NCBI GenBank assembly: GCA_963835065.1
Contig: CAWIEK010000049.1
Span: forward strand, 576,001-640,000
Reading direction: 5' to 3'
Origin: an uncultured Chthonomonadaceae bacterium
GTDB lineage: Bacteria > Armatimonadota > Chthonomonadetes > Chthonomonadales > Chthonomonadaceae
Length of the DNA: 64,000 nt
The notes below the pieces were generated by a model, which was not told where the DNA came from, ran no database searches, and saw only the letters and a list, made by a program, of their open reading frames with translations. A program made the position numbers and the translations under genes. This document shows positions 58,180-64,000 of this stretch, piece by piece (position 1 is the first letter of the stretch; each line of letters starts with the position of its first letter).

Positions 58180-61100
58180 TTAATTCCTTGCGGAAAGCGA
58201 TTGGTTCTTTGCCAACGTGGGCGTGGCGCGTCGGTTGCGGAACTGCGGGCTGGTGACAATGCTTTCTACGAGCGTTCCGAAACGGTAGTTGTTGGCAGCC
58301 AATTTCTGCTGCATTTGAAGCAGCAGCGGGTCGTCGGACGGCTGCAGGGTGCGCCCCAGGGCGTAGCACAACAGTTTGCGGCCCATATTGTCAAGAAAGT
58401 CTTGCTGGCGCTGTCCCTTGACAAACTCCTGCAAGCCCGACACGCCGGATAGTTCCTTGTTGCCGGGAAACGACGCTTTGGCGTCTACGGGCTTGCCGCC
58501 CAAATCCTTGCTGCGCTGTTCGCCAACCGGCCCGTAGCCTTCAAAGACAAGGCCATAGGAGTCGAAGCGGGCATGGCAGCCCGCGCAGGCCGGGTTTGCG
58601 CGGTGCGCGGCAAGCGCCTGCCGGAGCGTCAGGTCGCCCATTTTGCTTTCGTCGCTGGGCAGCGCGGGAACGTTGGCAGGCGGCGGGGGAATGGTTTCGC
58701 CCAACACGCGCTTCACGACCCAGTAGCCGCGCTTCACCGGGCTGGTGCGCAGGCCGGGGGAGTTTTTGGTCAGGAAAACCGCCATCGGCAACAATCCGCC
58801 CCTGCCATAATGGTCGGCGTTGTCCACCCGCACCCACTCATTCGCTGTCGGCTTCACGTCCGTCATGCCGTAATGCTTCGCAAGGGGCGCGTTGACAAAG
58901 GTGTATTTGCCGTACAGCAAATCCAGCACGGAATGACCCTGCTGAAACTCGTCCATCAGGAAGTGCAGCGGCTCCTCGAACATGGCCTCGCGCAGCTCGT
59001 CGTTAAAGCCGGGGAACCGCTCGCGGTCTACGGCGTTATGCTCCTCAAAGCGGCGGAAGTCCAGCCAGTTGCCCCCGAATTCGAGAGCCAGGGCGCGAAC
59101 GCGCGGGTTTTTCAGCATCCGGCGGGACTGCGCGGCCAGCACGTTGGGGCGGTGCAGATCACCGGCTGCGGCGTGGGCAAGCAGTTCCTGATCGGGCATA
59201 CTCGACCAGAGGAAATAGCTCAACCGGCTTGCCAGCGCGTAATCCGGGAGCGGCTGTACGCTGCCGCCGCCGTTGTGCTGTTATTGTAACTTACGCCGTT
59301 GCTGTTCGTATTATTATGGGGCGGCGCGGGGGCGGCATGGCGCGTGAAGGCAGCCGTTCGCGCCCCGGAACTCGCACTCGCAATCGGCGCGAACTTGAAA
59401 TCACCCTCTGAGGCTTCCAAATCCACGCGAAACAGGAATTTGGGCGACATCAGGACGCTGACAACGGAATCCCGAATGGCGTCCTCGTGGGTCAAGCCTT
59501 CCTTTTGCCGGAGGGTCTGGTAGAAACCCAGCAGGTCGGCGCGTTCCGCCGTTGTCAGAGGATGGCGATACGCGCGGGCGGCGAAGTCGAGCAGGGATTT
59601 GCGATGAATTGGCTCGGCGGCAAGCCGCGCTCGTTCCGCAGACCGGATGTTGACCGACACCCACTTGAAATGGTCTTCAATCGCCTGCAGCGTCTGCGGT
59701 TCCGCCCCGTTTTTACGGGCTTTCGCCATGTACAGGTCGCCCAACAGCTTGATTTTGGCGTCCGACAGGGCTTCTTTGTCTTCGGCGCGGGCAAAGTTGA
59801 ATTCGGGATCGGTGATGGTTCCGGCTTCGGCGCGCTCGTATACGAAGAACTCCGAGTGCATGCGCTCAGGGACAAAAGCGACAGTATCGAAATCCAGCCA
59901 CATGCTGTCCAGTTTGCGCTTGCTGTTTTCGTCCAGTATCAATTCCATCAGGGGCTTGTCGTCGCGGAAGTAGCCCATCGAGTTGTGCAGCCCGGCGGTC
60001 AGCAGACGGCCCTTGTCGCCCGGATCGTCCACGAACATGCGGCCCCGCTCGGCAATATAAAACGCATCGGGAAACACATTACAAAACCGATTAAACGACG
60101 CCATGAGAGGCGCGCGGGCGGCTTCGTCCTGGGGCAAAAACAGGTCGGCGTCTACGGGATCAATAACGGTTTGATCCGGCTGTCGGCGGCCTCCATTGCG
60201 GCGTCCGGGGATCGTCCGCGTTGCGGGCTTACCGCCGATTTGCAGCGTGTCGGGATTGAGCATCCGGCGGTGGGAGGCATACTGGTTATCCTTCCACAAA
60301 ACGAAACACTGACCGCCGCTGGAAAAACCGCGCGGAACCGGCAGGTTGGCGAACTTCCACGCCACTTTCTTGCGCAGGGTGACAACCCAATCCCGCATTG
60401 CCACGCAGCCGGCGCGAGCGGCGTCCGCATGGGTTTTGTCCGGGGCGGGAAGCGCGTTCCACTGCGCCTGAAGCCTGGCAATCGGGCCGACTTTTTCACC
60501 GGGCGCGTTGAGCGTGTTCCATATCAATTCCAGGTAGCGCGGGCTTACTTTCGTTTCGGCGGCAACGGTTTGCAGCGTGGCGTTGGGAATGCCCAGGGCA
60601 GCCCGATGCTGATACCGCCATGCGGCCTGAAAATAATCCGCAACGTCGGTGGGCTGCTTCTTGTAAAAATCCACGATGCGCAGGATGCAGAATTTGTCCC
60701 GGTCCGTTTCGGCCAGAACCGGATGGGAGGCAAATTCCAGCCCCGTCGAAGTCAGCGCCATGCGATCCGCGATGTCTTTGGCGGCGGTCACGTATTTCTT
60801 CAGCAGCGCGGGCGATAGGGTGAGCGACTCGCCGGAATTGTCGAAGCCTTCCTGATTGGCCGGGTCTACAGGAAACTCGCGGGTGGGGCGCATGTCCACG
60901 CCGGTCAGGTCGCGGATGGTGTAATCGTATTCCGCGTTGCTCAGGCGTCGCGCCAGGACAGGGCCGGGATCGCCGGCATTGCGCAGCGCTTCCAATTTGC
61001 GCGCGGCGCGAACCCAGGCGATGACCGCGTTGCGTTGCGCGTCCGAGGGCTGCTTGCCGACATTGGGCGGCGGCATCTGTTTGGCGGCAAGTTTGTCCAG

Positions 61101-61397
61101 CACCAGGGACCAGTGGGGAGCGTCCCGCATCACGGAATTCATACTGGCATACGCGGTAAGGTCAAGCTGCGCCTGCGGTTTCGCGCTGCTATGGCAGGAA
61201 ACGCAGTAGGTTTGCAGGAACGGACGCACCGTGCCGGCGAACTGCTGTTCCAGAGCGGTACGGGGTTGGGCGGCGGGCCGGGTTTTGGCGGGCGTATCCG
61301 CGCCGGACGCGCCGGCCCACGCAAGCACCGCCGCGAACGCTGAAGCAGACACGAGAAAACTTCCTGTAGAGGGATTAAACTTGAATTTACAGCGCAT
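58180..61397 (-). CDS. DUF1587/1595/1592/1588/1585 protein with haem c motifs, frameshift near 59260
   Basis: CVSCH, RRLSNAEYDYTIRDL, LMSPKFLFR, ASRLSYFLWSSMPD, TSPVKRG, CAGCH, YALGR. Confidence 0.88.
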
Positions 61398-61548
61398 GGG
61401 TTCGTGTGACTCCTAAATTTTGAACATGCTTTTAGTATACGCGCTTACAAGTAAAAAATCCACTTGATTTTGTGACGCTTGACGCATTTCCGGTTTTGGC
61501 TTATACTGTGGGAGTGGCGGTGTAAACAGAGGCAGGAGGAAAACCATC

Positions 61549-62459
61549 ATGGCAACGTTGAGCGTACCACGCGACGGTGTGTTGGACAAGGTGCATTAGA
61601 CAGCGGCTTGGACAGCGACCTACCAGGCAGTCATGCGCCGGTTTCCGGCAAGCAAGCCGGGAATGGACAGGGCAGGAACGGACACGACAGAGCAGGGCTG
61701 CGAACAAAACGGGCGACAGCAAACCCCGTTCTAAAAGAGCAATCTACTATCCGACAGGAGACGGCAAGCCGATGGCCGAAGACGAGCCGCATCTGAACTT
61801 GATGAACTACTCCATTCCCGCGCTGCGCTACCGCCTTCGCAACCGTCCTGACGTATATGTCGCCGGCAACAACTTCCTGTACTATGAAGAGGGCAACCCC
61901 AAAGCGCGCGTGTCTCCCGACTGCTATGTGGCGTTGGGCGTGGAGCCGAAAGGGCGCAGGCGCTTCTACAAGGTGTGGGAGGAGAACGGCATTGCCCCCT
62001 CTGTTATTTTTGAGTTCACGTCCAAGAAGACGAAGAAGGAAGACCTGACGATCAAGAAGTCCCTCTACGAGCAGGTATTAAGAGTGCAGGAGTATTTCCA
62101 GTTCGATCCGACCGGCGATTACTTGAAGCCGCGCTTGCAGGGGCAGCGCTTACATGAGGGAGTGTACCAGCCGATAGAACTCAACGACAACCGCATGTTC
62201 AGCGAACAGTTAGGACTGGAACTCGTCATGGAAGGCGAAACCTTGCGCTTCTATGATCCTGCAACTGGCGAGTGGCTGCGCACGTATGAACAGGCCGAAA
62301 CGCAACGCCTTGCGCAGGAGCAACTGCGCCCAGACAGAAGCACAGAGGGCGGAAGCGGCGGACCAACGCGCCGACAGCGAAAAGCAGCGCGCCGAGTTTG
62401 CCGAAGCGGAACTGGCGCGACTGCGCGCTGAACTCGAAGCTCTGCGGCAGCAGAAATGA
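61549..62459 (+). CDS. Uma2 family endonuclease with coiled-coil tail; apparent frameshifts near 61580, 61735 and 62330
   Basis: AGGAGG RBS + ATG 61549; YPTGDGKPMAE, SPD, IFEFTS, EYFQFDP; tail AELARLRAELEAL in another frame. Confidence 0.8.
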
Positions 62460-62728
62460 ACAGAAGGGTATGTAGAGGCAGCGTCGAAATCTTGGCAATG
62501 CAGCGCTTTCAGCACAGTGTCTCGTTGTGTCAAGTTGTAAAAGTAAGAGGCGTCGTGGCCTCGAAAGCGTCAGGGCGGACGGGAGGAGTGGAACATGGAT
62601 GGGTGCCTCCTTCCTGTGTATAACATCTGTATAGTAGACTTTGTACCTTATAGACAGGCTGAAAGGGGCAAAGGGTTCGTTTTTTCGCGTTATTTGGCTC
62701 TTTTTTCTGTTTCTTTTTGGTATTTTTC
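62460..62728. repeat. ~270-bp dispersed element, copy B
   Basis: Homologous to 24806..25075. Confidence 0.85.
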
Positions 62729-62819
62729 ACGCCGCGCTGAGAACCGGGAGGGGCGCTTGCTTGTGGGCGGGCACAACATGTTGTGCCCCTTCGTTTGGGA
62801 ACTTGTTCTTTTCAGCCCC

Positions 62820-63219
62820 TTACTGCCCCGGCCCGCCGGATTTGGCGACCCAGTCGGTATCAATCCCCTGCGCCATCAGCAGCTCGGACAACTGCCCGAC
62901 GTGGCCCTGCAGGTGGCGCAGGTTCATGAGTTGGTGGGACAGCTTGCTCATGTTCTTGTACCACGAGAAGCCCGTTGCGTCGGCGTCGAGGTCAAGTTGA
63001 GCGACGGTGGGGCCGACAAGCGCGTCAACGAACCGGATGTAGTCGAGCATCTCGCTGCTCCGGTAGATTTCGGCTTCTGCGGGCAGTTCGTAGGGTTCCA
63101 CTGCAAACGGCGGCTTCCAGAGTCCGTGATGGATGCCCTCTTTTCGTCCGGGCCAGGGCTGAAAAGCCTCCTCGCTCTGCCCCAGGTACAGGTGGGTGAA
63201 GAAAGCGGCGTGAAAGGCG
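62820..63219 (-). pseudogene. C-terminal part of a DinB-family gene, fused in frame to a DUF1552 copy
   Basis: AFHAAFFTHLYL...HQLMNLRHLQGHVGQLSELL; N-terminus absent. Confidence 0.7.
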
Positions 63220-64000
63220 TAAATTCCGGCGAGGCGGGCGTTGGCGTCGCCGAAATGCTCCAGCGGGACGCCCATTCTGTCCATCAGCGACAGGTACAGG
63301 CTGCACACCTTGCGGTTCTCGTCGCCCTTGTCTCGGTAGTTCAGCACCCGGCCTGTTTCCAGTTTGCCGCCCATGTTGCCGATTGTCAGGATGGGCAGGG
63401 TTGAGTTGTCGTGGTTGGAGCCGGAGAACATGTTGGAAAGCCACAGCAGGCAGGTGCTGTCCAGAACCGTGCCCTCACCTTCCGGCATCGCCTGTAGTTT
63501 TCCGGCGAGGTAGGCGAGATGGCCGACGTAGAACTGCGTGATGCGCAGATAGTCGTCGGACGTGTCGTGGTGGGACGCGGGATGATGGGCGTCGCGCACA
63601 CCGAGGAACGGGTAGAACAGCCCGGAAAGGTCGCGGCACATCAGCATCGAAGCGATACGGGTCTTGTCGGTTTGAATCGCCAGTGCTACCACGTCGCACA
63701 TCAGGCGCATGTGTTCGCGGATGTCTTCCGGCAGGCCGTTTTCGGGGCGCTTCATGCCGACGAGCGGCTTGCCCTTGTCTTTGGCGCGGTCAGCGGCCTT
63801 GCCCAGATCGCCGCGCATACGCTGCGCGCGCTGCTCCACGTCCCGAACGCTTGTCAGGTACTCGTCTAATTTGGCGCGGTCATCGTGGCTGATACGGCGG
63901 CGCAGTCCGCTCGCTTCCGCGCTGACGCGATCCAGAATGCTTTCCATGCGCCGGTTGCCGCTGTTCTCGAACAGGCTGTCAAAGGCCAGCGAGGGGTAAA
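63220..64000 (-). CDS. Second DUF1552 gene (3' part; continues beyond window), near-identical to 56755..57535
   Basis: 781-bp direct repeat at offset 6465 with about a dozen substitutions counted by eye. Confidence 0.85.

Noticed and set aside
21801..60818. Long antisense ORFs (e.g. 21801..22820, 23183..24277, 33288..34382, 40110..41162, 41391..42575, 59487..60818)
   Set aside because: Shadow frames of well-supported genes in GC-rich DNA, with no motifs of their own
50359..62459. Programmed ribosomal frameshifting
   Set aside because: No consistent slippery sites or stimulators; unrelated gene families are affected, which fits consensus indel error
56755..64000. Diversity-generating retroelement TR/VR pair
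   Set aside because: The repeat is at least 781 bp, differences are mostly synonymous rather than adenine-specific, and no reverse transcriptase is in the window

Overview
GC-rich bacterial chromosomal window. An Armatimonadota/Chthonomonadales-like source is my inference from gene content (PEP-CTERM protein, DUF1552/DUF1592 cassette, HisKA_2 kinase); it is not proven. Housekeeping genes: mpg, xerD-like recombinase, dapB, nadB, trxA, cspA, rplJ-rplL with an L10 leader, lexA. Accessory genes: ankyrin and LRR proteins, a heavy-metal RND efflux operon preceded by a Cys-rich RAPP-motif ORF, glycoside-hydrolase-like proteins and a Uma2 nuclease. Best candidates for undescribed biology: (1) a co-oriented 8.9-14.5 kb minus-strand cluster made of a multi-stem RNA plus terminator, a small ORF, a wHTH/tandem-AbrB protein, a CX5R phosphatase, a tRNA-like RNA with a defective anticodon arm, a Cys-motif SDR and an LRR protein; (2) a radical SAM enzyme coupled to a 114-aa partner with two GIP motifs; (3) a ~270-bp element present twice that carries a conserved RBS plus 8-aa micro-ORF; (4) locus-specific inverted heptamer arrays and nested palindromes in many intergenic gaps; (5) two orphan toxin/partner-like pairs. 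Caveat: about nine single-base frameshifts (most after 50 kb), one in-frame stop and a duplicated, fused DUF1552 segment at the right end suggest imperfect long-read assembly. Family names come from motif recognition by eye; no database search was run.
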